Shown: piece by piece, positions 1 to 9,374 of the stretch | Numbering within the stretch: the first letter of the stretch is position 1 | How the letters are laid out: each line of letters opens with the position of its first letter | The notes under the pieces: generated by a model | What the model saw: the letters and a program-made list of their open reading frames with translations, nothing else | Databases searched by the model: none | Told to the model about the DNA's origin: nothing | Assembly (NCBI GenBank): GCA_965226495.1 | Contig: OZ245365.1 | Location: 2,656,001-2,720,000, forward strand | Source of the DNA: Candidatus Marinacidobacterales bacterium | GTDB taxonomy: Bacteria; Acidobacteriota; Vicinamibacteria; Marinacidobacterales; DATDRI01 | Direction: 5' to 3' | DNA: 64,000 nt | Position numbers and translations under genes: made by a program

Positions 1-111
1 GTCCCGGCGCTGACCACCCTGCAGCATATAGATGCGTTCTCCGACCTGGAGGTGCATTTCCTGCGCGTCGTGTTTCTTCAACGCATCCAGTAGGGGCGCG
101 ATCTGTGACAC
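1..111 (-). CDS. 5' end of a gene running off the window, possibly a PilT/PilU-like ATPase
   Basis: GGAGG RBS then GTG; reads MSQIAPLLDALKKHDAQEMHLQVGERIYMLQGGQRRD, resembling the PilT N-terminal 'SDLHL' region. Confidence 0.45.
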   Translation of the reverse strand, partial: MSQIAPLLDALKKHDAQEMHLQVGERIYMLQGGQRRD

Positions 112-129
112 ATATCCTCCTGCGGTTCG

Positions 130-618
130 TTACAACCAGACCTTAGCGATGTATCGCTTGTTCACGTACGTCACACCATCCTCAACCTCGAGCGGTATAA
201 ACATTTCCGTCATGTTGAAGAAATCCGAGGTGCGCCTTCTTTCGGGTGGCAAGATGGAAGCCAGGGTGCCCTCTAACACGACGTCGTCCATCATCTCGAT
301 GCGAATGAGGTCCACGCAGGGAGCGGAGTTGGCGTCGGTGCGAGAAAGGATTGGGGCGCCATCGCCCACCTCGACCCTTTGTAGCGAGTCGAGGTTAACG
401 AGCTGGCGCTTGCCGTTGGTCTTGGATTCGACGGGAATGAACCGTCGGGAGCCATTGAGGAACTCGTCGAGGCTTTCCGGCGCTCTCCGCGGCTCTGTAA
501 CCGTCGCCAGGAAAAGGGTCACCTCCTCCTGCTTCCCGTTGGACAGAATCAGCTTGGCATCGACCGGCCGGGTCGGCAGTCGATACACCGCGGCAGAGCT
601 GCTCTCGGTCGAGCTCAT
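130..618 (-). CDS. DUF6812-like hypothetical protein
   Basis: Start at ATG 618 after GAGGT; two internal repeats of (L/S)DEFLN..RFIP / SDFFN..MFIP..VNK. Confidence 0.6.
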   Translation of the reverse strand: MSSTESSSAAVYRLPTRPVDAKLILSNGKQEEVTLFLATVTEPRRAPESLDEFLNGSRRFIPVESKTNGKRQLVNLDSLQRVEVGDGAPILSRTDANSAPCVDLIRIEMMDDVVLEGTLASILPPERRRTSDFFNMTEMFIPLEVEDGVTYVNKRYIAKVWL

Positions 619-1208
619 CACAGACCTCGATCGTCTTCTGCTCGGGGTAGGCTGGCCCCCACTGGGAAGACGGGTGGATTTGTAACTGTTAAAGGGTTGC
701 TGAAATAGAATGCCAGGTCGGTGCCGCTTTTTCAAGTACCAGATGAGCCCGGAACAAGCCCCGCTCACCGCATCTTGAACTCCAGCAGCTCGACGAGCTC
801 TCGCGAGGCCCCGTACCGTCACGGCACGGCGGCGCACGTAGGGCGCCTCGTCATAGGCCCGTGGTTCGGTGAGATACGAGAGATCGTCGCGGTCAAGCGA
901 CTCCACATCGTAGGTGGACATAGCCATTCCCGGAGGGAGCTCGCCTTCCAGCTGCGGACGCTCGGTTGTGCCAGGTGGCGCTGAATCCAGTTCGAGAAGA
1001 CACCCCTATTCGGCAACATCATGACGAGGAGTTTGCCTCTGCCAATGGGAAAGGGCGACATGCTCGGGAAGCGGAACAGATTCTCGTAGAAAATTTGAGA
1101 TTCGCGTGGGTCAGACGAGGGAGCTTACCGAATCCGCGTTCCGGGCGCAAAGCGGCAACCAACCCCACCGCGGTTTTGAACTATAATCTGCGCCATGAAG
1201 GAGGCGAC

Positions 1209-1643
1209 ATGAGTCGGTATACAGTGACCCGGACGATCAACGCACCCGTCGATCGGATCTTCGAAACGATCTCCGATATCAATAACTACTCCCAGGCCGT
1301 CCCCCACATTGTCAAGGCGGAGATACTGTCCGACGTGAAATCGGGTGTGGGAACCCGCTTTCGGGAAACCCGGCTCATGGAGGGCAAGGAGGCGACCACG
1401 GAGCTCGAAGTAATCGAGTACGCCAAAAACGAGCGGATTCGCATGGTAGCCGATAGTCAGGGGACGGTTTGGGACTCGGTGTTCACAGTGAAGCCAGTTG
1501 ATGGCAAAACCGAGCTAACGCTGACGATGGATGCGAAAGCTCATACGGTAGCGGCGAAGCTCATGACGAAAATGATAGGCGGCATGATTCGAAAAGGGCT
1601 TGAAAAGGACATGGACTGTGTTAAGACCCATTGTGAAAAGTAG
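1209..1643 (+). CDS. SRPBCC/polyketide cyclase family protein
   Basis: AAGGAGG RBS; VTRTINAPVDRIFETISD and GVGTRFRETR motifs. Confidence 0.85.
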   Translation: MSRYTVTRTINAPVDRIFETISDINNYSQAVPHIVKAEILSDVKSGVGTRFRETRLMEGKEATTELEVIEYAKNERIRMVADSQGTVWDSVFTVKPVDGKTELTLTMDAKAHTVAAKLMTKMIGGMIRKGLEKDMDCVKTHCEK

Positions 1644-1656
1644 ATTTCCTTAATCC

Positions 1657-3258
1657 TTGGGGGCATCACTGGAGAGTAAAGTCGGCGGCACCTATGCGAA
1701 GTACGTTCTATTCGTTCTCGTTCTGGTATATATCGCCAACTTCGTCGATCGGCTCATCATCTCCATCGTCGCGGAGGAGATCAAAGCGGATCTCGGTATC
1801 AGTGACGCCCAGCTAGGTTTTCTCTCCGGTACCGCCTTCGCCGTTTTCTACGCTGTTTTTGGGCTTCCCCTGGGAAGACTCGCAGATCTTTGGGTGCGAA
1901 AATCACTCATCTCCATCGGGCTCGTTTTCTGGAGCGCCATGACCGCGCTTTCGGGTACGGCGAGGAATTTTCCCCAGCTCGCCGTCTACCGTTTCGGCGT
2001 CGGCGTCGGGGAGGCAAGCGCGTCCCCGGCGGCATTCTCCATTCTTTCAGACTACTTCTCCCCTAAAGTAAGAGCGACTGTCCTCGCGATCTATTCCGCT
2101 GGCGCCTACATTGGCATGGGATTGGGTATCTTCGCAGGTGGCTGGGTTGTCGACGGCTGGAAGGGGGCGTACGGTGTGCCGGGCACCGCGCCGTTCGACC
2201 TCGTAGCATGGCAAGCGGCATTCCTGATCGTCGGACTACCCGGGATCTTGCTGGCCGTTTGGGTGTCTACACTCGCTGAGCCACGGCGCGGCCAAAGTGA
2301 AGGCATCTACACACCGCCACACCCCCACCCGTTCCGGGAAGCGGGGCACGAGCTGATGTCTATCCTGCCTCCATTCACGTTCTACAAGCTGTACCGCTCC
2401 GAGGGGGGCACCCGGGCCCTTGTGACCAATCTCGGATTCTTACTACTGCTATTCGCCGGAGGCGCCGCACTCGCATCTCTGACCGGAAACCCGCAGCAAT
2501 GGATCGTGGTGGGAGCCGGTTTCTACGCGACCTTTTCCTGGGTACAGAACCTCGCTATCCGAGACAATCCAACCTTCACCATGATGTTTCGATCGAAGGC
2601 GTTTTTGTACTCGGTGATCGGTTTCCCATCGATCTCTTTCGTGGGCTACGGGGTCGTGTTCTGGACGCCAGCATTTTTCATTCGGGCCCATGGTGTGGAC
2701 GCTTCCGAGGTGGGAACCATCGCCGGCTTGTCGATGATGGTGGGTGGAGGGCTTGGTGTCGTGTTCGGTGGCCTCTGGGCGGACCGTTGGAAGAAAACCA
2801 ACCCTCGGGCCAGGATACTCATCGGGCTGGTCACTGTCGCACTGACGACTCCGGCGGCGCTCCTTCTCTTCACCACCAGGAACGTTCACTTGGCTTACGT
2901 TGCCAATTTTCTTTTCACGGGCTTTTCTGCGATGTGGGTGGGGGCGGCGACGAGCACCATCAATGATCTCGTCATGCCACGAATGCGGGCCGTCGCCTCG
3001 GCCTTCTACTTCTTGATGAATACGCTGGTAGGACTGGCCCTAGGCCCGTTCATGGTGGGGCAAGTGTCGGATTGGCTCATGGGGCAAGGGTATACGGGAG
3101 TGGAATCTCTGCGAGCAGGGCTGCTCTCGTGTCTGCTGTTCTTGTTGGTGCCGACCATTTGCTTCATCGCCTGTTTGAGGCATATCGAAGCGGACGAGAA
3201 GAGCCGGCTGGCACGGGCACTTAGCGCCGGTGAAGAAGGCCTCCAATTGGCCGAGTAG
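1657..3258 (+). CDS. MFS transporter (spinster-like)
   Basis: NFVDR, GRLADLWVRK motif A, RFGVGVGEA; many TM segments. Confidence 0.9.
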   Translation: MGASLESKVGGTYAKYVLFVLVLVYIANFVDRLIISIVAEEIKADLGISDAQLGFLSGTAFAVFYAVFGLPLGRLADLWVRKSLISIGLVFWSAMTALSGTARNFPQLAVYRFGVGVGEASASPAAFSILSDYFSPKVRATVLAIYSAGAYIGMGLGIFAGGWVVDGWKGAYGVPGTAPFDLVAWQAAFLIVGLPGILLAVWVSTLAEPRRGQSEGIYTPPHPHPFREAGHELMSILPPFTFYKLYRSEGGTRALVTNLGFLLLLFAGGAALASLTGNPQQWIVVGAGFYATFSWVQNLAIRDNPTFTMMFRSKAFLYSVIGFPSISFVGYGVVFWTPAFFIRAHGVDASEVGTIAGLSMMVGGGLGVVFGGLWADRWKKTNPRARILIGLVTVALTTPAALLLFTTRNVHLAYVANFLFTGFSAMWVGAATSTINDLVMPRMRAVASAFYFLMNTLVGLALGPFMVGQVSDWLMGQGYTGVESLRAGLLSCLLFLLVPTICFIACLRHIEADEKSRLARALSAGEEGLQLAE

Positions 3259-3305
3259 ACCACAAAGGAGGTTGAAGTCGCGTTGAAAGAGACCTGCGGG
3301 ATGGG

Positions 3306-5726
3306 CTAGGCGATCAACAACGCTTCTTCCTCAACCCAGTGCGCTAGTAGTTGCCGCACGCGGTAGGAATCTACTGCGAAAGTGGCTTCGCACTCCGCCG
3401 GAGTCGCTCCGGAGATTACTTTTTCCCACAAGGAATTGCTGAATTCCTCGTCTTCACCTTCCAAGGGCGTCGTCGGCTTCTCCGTGGGTTTCAGCGGGGC
3501 CTCGTCAGGGACCAACGCCGCAGCCCGATTCCACTCGTCGTGACGCCGAACTCCTTCGAGGATCAGGTTCACGATCTGCTGGGGCGCGCCGAGCGGTCCG
3601 TGTGAGGATTCGATGTCCTCGCGAGTCGCAAAGGCGAAGGTCCCGGGGAAGGGCTTCACGAAGAGCTGATAGACGGCGTCATGGCCACTCAATTCTCCAA
3701 AGCGCGCGCCTCGGAACAAGCCCTCCTCGAACGCGAACGTTGCCTGGAGCGCACCCTCGGAATTTAAAAGACTCAGGACGCCGGTTTGCGGTATCTGACT
3801 CAACATTTGAAGGACGGTCGGGAGTCCAAATAGATCCAGGTCGCCGCTCAGGCCGGCTGCCGCAGGCTCACTCTCCTTGTCGAAACCGGCCAGCGCCTTG
3901 GCAGCCGCTTCGGCGAATTTTTCCCCGGGATGCTTCTTAACGATTGCCTCCATCAGTTCTCGGACCTCGGGAGCCGGAGTACCAGCCAACGCCTGGACGA
4001 GAGCTAGCCTCTTCTCGTCGTTCTTCTTGATCTTGAATCCCAATACAGACCGCATCTCTGCCTTGAGCGCCCCGACGAGTCTCGCAAGCATGTCCTTCTT
4101 GTCAGACAGGTCGTGATGGCCGGCGGCGATCAGTCGGGAGACGGTGTTCCCAAGGCCCGTCTCCGTCTTCAACCCGTGATCGATGAGAGCTCGCCACGCG
4201 CGCGGAGACCCGTAGCGGGCAAGAGCAGTGCAGGTGCGTTCGATAAGCGCGTCGATCTCTTCGAGTGAATAGACGCGCGCTTCAGGTTGCAGGAGCATGT
4301 TCTCGAAGACTTGCAGGTAGGCTAGCAATGTCCGCTCCGCATGCTCGTGCTCGCTCTGCGCCAGGAACGCGATTGCCTGTTTCACCATGGGAGCCGGACT
4401 ATCTTTGTTGCAAGCCCGCATGACCAGATTCACTTCTGCGCCGACGCTCGCGTCTTCGGGTCGTTCGATGATCCGCAAGAGGTAGATGAGATTCATCTGG
4501 AAGAATGGATCGACGTCCATTCCGGGCGCGATCGATGCGGTGAGTAACTCGAGGGCCTTGGCCCGCGCCGCGGACTGATGTATTTCCAGTATGGTCAGGA
4601 GCTCGTGTCGTCGCTCGCGCGATGCTTCACCGTCGAGGGCGTCGAGCAAGGCGTCAGGCTGTAACTTCTTGAATAGCCCAAGAACCTTCCGCAAGGCCGG
4701 CCGTGAGTCCGGGCGGTCGGAGAGTGACTTGACCCGTTCGAGGTTGAGTTTTTCGTGGCCGGTGTTGCGCAGGGTGTCCACGAACATCGGCTGAATCTTT
4801 CCCTCTGCAACGAGCTGCAAGGCTAGCTCGGCCATCGTCGAGGCTCTCCCGAGGTGGCCTTGATTGAACTGCTCGACCGTGGCCTGCACCAGCTCTCGGT
4901 ACCTCTTCCCGACCTCGGACTCGTCTTCGGCTAAGAGGACGATCTGACGGATCGCGTTCAAATGAGCACCCGCGGCAGGAGGCCCCGTTTCACCGTCTGT
5001 TGGCGGCAGGCTACCCCACCCCGGCAGACCGTCGGAGATGGCTTTGAAAAGATTGCCGCTGGCAGTGTCGATCCCGAGCTGCCGGAGCGGAGCGAGCCGC
5101 TGCTCTAGTTCTCTTACCGAAGAGGAGCGGACCGCTGCCGTCGTCACGAATTGGGACGCGAGCTCGTGCTTTCGCTCGGCCGCGGCATCCGGCTGGAGCT
5201 GCTGTAGCTGAAGTTGTTCCAGGAAAAGCGAAAGACGACGTAGGGCAAGTGTCGCTTCCGGGGTTAGAGGTCCTTCAATCTCCGAACTCACCGCGTGGGC
5301 CGTTCCCGTGGCATCACCTTGTCGATGCATCGTCTCGAGTGGCCCGGTTTGGACCGGCATGGTCTCAGCGACCTGTTCGAGGTTCCGACGAAGGTTGTCG
5401 CGATCTGCTTCCGGACAGAACTCGAGCACCGCCTCGCTCAGGTCTTTCAAGTACCCAGCGAGTTCGGTCTTAGAAACCAGGTCGAGCTCCCCCATGACCG
5501 CGAATTTCTTCACAGCATGGAATAGGAAGTCCGCCGCGGACACGCCGGGCGCCTGCGAGGCCTGTGCCCCTTTCCACCGATTGATCTCCGGTGCGAGGGC
5601 CGAAGCCGGGTATTGGAGAAGAAGCTCTGCGGAATCCGTGAACATGAGGGGAGCGATACGGTCGGAGAGATATTCGTGGAACTCCGAGACCGCGATTCGC
5701 ACTTCCGCGTTATCGACGGTTTCCAT
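3306..5726 (-). CDS. Large helical protein with C-terminal DUF4388 domain
   Basis: 806 aa; C-terminal GLSGDLDLFGLPTVLQML...TGVL...FEEG...LILEGVRRHDE. Confidence 0.75.
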   Translation of the reverse strand: METVDNAEVRIAVSEFHEYLSDRIAPLMFTDSAELLLQYPASALAPEINRWKGAQASQAPGVSAADFLFHAVKKFAVMGELDLVSKTELAGYLKDLSEAVLEFCPEADRDNLRRNLEQVAETMPVQTGPLETMHRQGDATGTAHAVSSEIEGPLTPEATLALRRLSLFLEQLQLQQLQPDAAAERKHELASQFVTTAAVRSSSVRELEQRLAPLRQLGIDTASGNLFKAISDGLPGWGSLPPTDGETGPPAAGAHLNAIRQIVLLAEDESEVGKRYRELVQATVEQFNQGHLGRASTMAELALQLVAEGKIQPMFVDTLRNTGHEKLNLERVKSLSDRPDSRPALRKVLGLFKKLQPDALLDALDGEASRERRHELLTILEIHQSAARAKALELLTASIAPGMDVDPFFQMNLIYLLRIIERPEDASVGAEVNLVMRACNKDSPAPMVKQAIAFLAQSEHEHAERTLLAYLQVFENMLLQPEARVYSLEEIDALIERTCTALARYGSPRAWRALIDHGLKTETGLGNTVSRLIAAGHHDLSDKKDMLARLVGALKAEMRSVLGFKIKKNDEKRLALVQALAGTPAPEVRELMEAIVKKHPGEKFAEAAAKALAGFDKESEPAAAGLSGDLDLFGLPTVLQMLSQIPQTGVLSLLNSEGALQATFAFEEGLFRGARFGELSGHDAVYQLFVKPFPGTFAFATREDIESSHGPLGAPQQIVNLILEGVRRHDEWNRAAALVPDEAPLKPTEKPTTPLEGEDEEFSNSLWEKVISGATPAECEATFAVDSYRVRQLLAHWVEEEALLIA

Positions 5727-5953
5727 GTGTTGTTAGCTCGGGCGGTCGAACATTCGAATAGGGACAGCGTGACTCCAACGTCCGATGGACATCGTCAGCC
5801 CCTCCGGGGAGGTTGGTCATCTCCCGAGGCGAAAATGCGCTTCCAGTTAGTTATATCCAGGAATAACTATAAGTTATCATGCGAGTCTCCTTCTTTCAAT
5901 CCGAGAGAGGGCAGCAACTCGAGACCAGGACAACATTTTCTTGGCAGTTTCTG

Positions 5954-5999
5954 TTGCGTTTCGAACTCATCCCTGCCTATAATTCATACGAACGTTTGA
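5954..5999 (+). promoter_or_regulatory. Sigma70-like promoter with probable TetR operator
   Basis: TTGCGT-18-TATAAT followed by imperfect palindrome TCATACG-AA-CGTTTGA, similar to PsrA-type sites, just upstream of tetR. Confidence 0.6.
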
Positions 6000-6013
6000 T
6001 TGGACGCTAACTT

Positions 6014-6673
6014 ATGCCCATAGAGACAGATACGCGGATTCTTCTCCTGGACGCCGCGGAGCGGCTCTTCGCCGAGGCGGGCTTCGCAGCAACCTCACTG
6101 AGAAACATCACCTCCGCGGCAGGGGCGAATCTCGCGTCCGTGAACTACCACTTCGGCTCCAAGGACGCCCTACTCGAAGCGGTCATCCAGCGGCGGCTCG
6201 CCTTGGTAAACGACGAGCGTCTTCGACGGCTCGACACGCTCGAAAAACAGGCGGACACCGAATCCCTAAATCTCGAAAGCGTTCTCCGATGCTTCCTCGA
6301 ACCTCCCTTCGAAAAGATGCGCGAGTGGGGTGAGAGCGGGCGACTCTTCATGCGAGTGGTCGGTCGGATCCAATCCGATACGAATCCCAAGACCGAGGCG
6401 ATGTTCCTCAAACAGTTCGAGGAGACACTCAAGCGGTTCACGTCAGCCCTGCAGCGGGCACTGCCCCAACTGGCTCCCCAAGAAGTCAGTCGTCGACTGC
6501 ACTTCGTTATCGGCGGCATGGCTCACACGTTGGCCTGGAGCGAGAAGATCGCCATGCTCTGCGGCCAGAATCACACGGAGGCGCTTTCGTCCCAACTTCT
6601 CGAAGACTTGGTTCAATTTTCCGCTGCTGGCATGGCGGCTCCTGTTCCAGCCCTGGACCGCAAGGAGAGATGA
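6014..6673 (+). CDS. TetR/AcrR family regulator (PsrA-like)
   Basis: LLDAAERLFAEAGFAATSLRNITSAAGANLASVNYHFGSK HTH. Confidence 0.92.
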   Translation: MPIETDTRILLLDAAERLFAEAGFAATSLRNITSAAGANLASVNYHFGSKDALLEAVIQRRLALVNDERLRRLDTLEKQADTESLNLESVLRCFLEPPFEKMREWGESGRLFMRVVGRIQSDTNPKTEAMFLKQFEETLKRFTSALQRALPQLAPQEVSRRLHFVIGGMAHTLAWSEKIAMLCGQNHTEALSSQLLEDLVQFSAAGMAAPVPALDRKER

Positions 6674-8178
6674 TGAGCACCCGCTCGTTGGTTGGGTCCC
6701 CCGTCTTACTATTATCGTTATCGCTACTCTTGCTCACGCTCGGTTGTGCTTCGGCACCACCCATTCACGACCTCAAGCTAGATGGCCCCGTTCCCGATCA
6801 ATGGACCGCGGCATCCACTCCTACCGGCGACGTCGGCCAAACATGGTGGCGCGATTTCCGTCAACCGGAGCTGAACGCCGCCCTCGAAACCGCACTCCAG
6901 CGTAACTACGATTTACGAGCCGCGGCGGCGCGGGTGGAACAAGCGCAGGCGCAAGCGAAGATCGCGGGTGCGGACCTGCAGCCGCAAGCGCAGCTCGGGC
7001 TTGGCGCCGCTCGACGCAAACAGAACTTCATCGGCTTTCCGATTCCGGGAGACGGGGTGCCGAGCTCGACCTCCACTAACTTGGGCGTCTCGCTGAACGT
7101 CACGTGGGAAGTCGACCTGTGGGGTCGACTCGGAGCCCGAACCAGTGCGGCGCTTGCCGACTATCAACTGACGGCAGCCGATTTTCATGGCGCCCGGTTG
7201 TCCATCGCCGGACAGACCGCAAAAGCATGGTTCACGACCGCCGGTGCTTACCAGCAGGTCCGACTCGCCGAACAAACCGTAGACAGCTTTCGCTCCTCCA
7301 CCGAACAAGTGCGACAGCGTTTTCTGAGCGGCATCCGCCCCCCGCTCGATCTCCGACTTTCACTAGCAAATTTGGCCGGAGCGGAAGCGCTTCTCGAGTT
7401 GAGACGCGAACAGCTCGACCGAGCCGTTCGACAGCTCGAAGTGTTGTTGGGACGTTATCCTGGACGAGACATCACCACGCCGGAGCAATTTCCCACTGCG
7501 CCCGCCGACGTCCCCGCCGGACTGCCCTCCGAGCTCATCGCACGCCGGCCCGATCTCGCGGCGGCCGAAAGACGCTTAGCCGCTGCGGATCAACGTTGGT
7601 TGGCGGCTCGGAGGGATCTCTATCCACGACTGAGCCTCACGGCTAGCGGAGGTACCGCGACGCGTGCGCTGGTCGACCTCGTGGACGGAAATTTTGGAGT
7701 TTGGAGCCTGGTCGCGAATCTCGTGCAACCCATTTTTGAAGGCGGTCGGCTCCGCGCCAACGTCGATCGCGCCGAGAGCGTTTCCGACGAAGCCGTGGCA
7801 ATGTATGCAGGAACCGCCCTTCGAGCATACGCCGAAGTCGAATCTACACTGGCCGCCGAAGAAACCCTCACCGAACGAGAAAGACATCTTACCGATGCCG
7901 CACAGCAGTCTCGGGCCGCGGAACGACTCGCGGAGGATCGATACCGTCGCGGCCTCTCCGACTACGTGACTGTACTTGAGTCGCAACGCCGGGCGCTCAA
8001 CGCCGAGAGTGGGCTCATCGATGCCCGCCGCCGGCGACTCGACAATCGCGTCGATCTCTACCTCGCGCTGGGGGGTGGTTTCGATCGTTCTGAGATCTCA
8101 CTCGAGGCACTCGTCGCCAACGCCGCAGATCCCGAATCCTCTAAGCCTACTAAGCCGACTAAGGAAAACTCGCAATGA
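6670..8178 (+). CDS. RND efflux outer membrane lipoprotein (NodT/OprM family)
   Basis: Lipobox TLGC; WEVDLWG, PSELIARRPD, LYLALGGG. Confidence 0.93.
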   Translation: MMSTRSLVGSPVLLLSLSLLLLTLGCASAPPIHDLKLDGPVPDQWTAASTPTGDVGQTWWRDFRQPELNAALETALQRNYDLRAAAARVEQAQAQAKIAGADLQPQAQLGLGAARRKQNFIGFPIPGDGVPSSTSTNLGVSLNVTWEVDLWGRLGARTSAALADYQLTAADFHGARLSIAGQTAKAWFTTAGAYQQVRLAEQTVDSFRSSTEQVRQRFLSGIRPPLDLRLSLANLAGAEALLELRREQLDRAVRQLEVLLGRYPGRDITTPEQFPTAPADVPAGLPSELIARRPDLAAAERRLAAADQRWLAARRDLYPRLSLTASGGTATRALVDLVDGNFGVWSLVANLVQPIFEGGRLRANVDRAESVSDEAVAMYAGTALRAYAEVESTLAAEETLTERERHLTDAAQQSRAAERLAEDRYRRGLSDYVTVLESQRRALNAESGLIDARRRRLDNRVDLYLALGGGFDRSEISLEALVANAADPESSKPTKPTKENSQ

Positions 8179-9374
8179 ACCTGAGAGTCGTACTTCCTCT
8201 TGCCGTTCTGGCTGCCGCAGCCGTCGGCGCCTTCACGATGATCCAGCTCAAGCCGGAGGTCGAGACGCGCCGGCCGAACGTTAGACCTCCCATCGTACGG
8301 GTCGTGACGGTCGAGGTCACCGACTTGCCGCTGGTCGTGGAAAGTCAGGGCACCGTGAGCCCGCGTACAGAGAGCCAGTTGGTACCCGAAGTACCCGGTC
8401 GAGTCATTTGGGTCTCCCCTTCTCTCGTCTCAGGTGGTTTCTTCGAAACCGGGGAGACCGTCCTCAAAATCGACCCTCATGATTACCGGCAGTTTGTAGT
8501 AACCGCCGAGGCGAAAGTCGCTCGCGCCGAGCTCGCACTCGAGCTGGAGAAAGCGGAGGCCGTGTTGGCGGCGAAGGAATGGCAAGATCTCGGTGAGGGA
8601 GAAGCCGACCCTCTTACGCTTCGCCAGCCTCAGCTCATCGATGCCCGCGCCGCTGTTGCAGCGGCCGAGGCCAATCTCGAGAACAGACGGCGCGATCTCG
8701 ACCGCACTCAGATTCGAGCTCCATACGCCGGTCGGGTGCGGCAAGAGAACGTCGACATTGGGCAATTTGTTACCACCGGAAGCCCATTGGCCACCATCTA
8801 CGCCATCGACAAGGCCGAAATCCGGCTGCCCCTGCCCGACAGCGAATTGGCTTACCTCGAGCTTCCCCTGGTTTATCGTGGTGAGCGGGGGGACCAGCTC
8901 GGCCCCGAAGTCCTCCTTCGCGCCAACTTCGCCGGCGCCGACCACCAATGGCAAGGCCGTATCGTGCGCACCGAAGGCGAGATCGATCCCACCAGTCGCA
9001 TGGTGCATGCGGTGGCGCAAGTCACGGACCCCTACGGCCGCGTCGAAGATCGCGAGCGTCCACCCCTGGCGGTTGGCATGTTCGTGCAGGCGGAGATTCA
9101 GGGTGTCGTAGCCGAGAACGTCGCCGTTCTCCCCCGGGCCGCGCTGCGAAACGACGGCCGTGTTTTGGTCGTCGACTCTTCCAACCGGCTGCGGTTTCGG
9201 GAGGTCGATGTCTTTCGCCAAACAAACAAGGTCGTCGTGATTCGTTCCGGCCTCGAGAGCGGTGAGAAGGTACTGCTCTCCCCCCTGGGAGCCGTGACCG
9301 ACGGTATGGAGGTGCGCATCGCACCCGAGGATGGAACACTAGGAATGCCACTCAACGGAGAGAGAGCCCCATGA
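8175..9374 (+). CDS. RND efflux periplasmic adaptor (MFP)
   Basis: VPEVPGRV, IRAPYAGRV, VDIGQFV, GMFV; overlapping start/stop codons in operon. Confidence 0.93.
   Translation: MNLRVVLPLAVLAAAAVGAFTMIQLKPEVETRRPNVRPPIVRVVTVEVTDLPLVVESQGTVSPRTESQLVPEVPGRVIWVSPSLVSGGFFETGETVLKIDPHDYRQFVVTAEAKVARAELALELEKAEAVLAAKEWQDLGEGEADPLTLRQPQLIDARAAVAAAEANLENRRRDLDRTQIRAPYAGRVRQENVDIGQFVTTGSPLATIYAIDKAEIRLPLPDSELAYLELPLVYRGERGDQLGPEVLLRANFAGADHQWQGRIVRTEGEIDPTSRMVHAVAQVTDPYGRVEDRERPPLAVGMFVQAEIQGVVAENVAVLPRAALRNDGRVLVVDSSNRLRFREVDVFRQTNKVVVIRSGLESGEKVLLSPLGAVTDGMEVRIAPEDGTLGMPLNGERAP

Noticed and set aside
619-1200. N-terminal extensions of the 130..927 and 966..1643 ORFs
   Set aside because: Better RBS-supported starts exist at 618 and 1209; the extensions show no recognisable motifs, though a gene remnant cannot be excluded.
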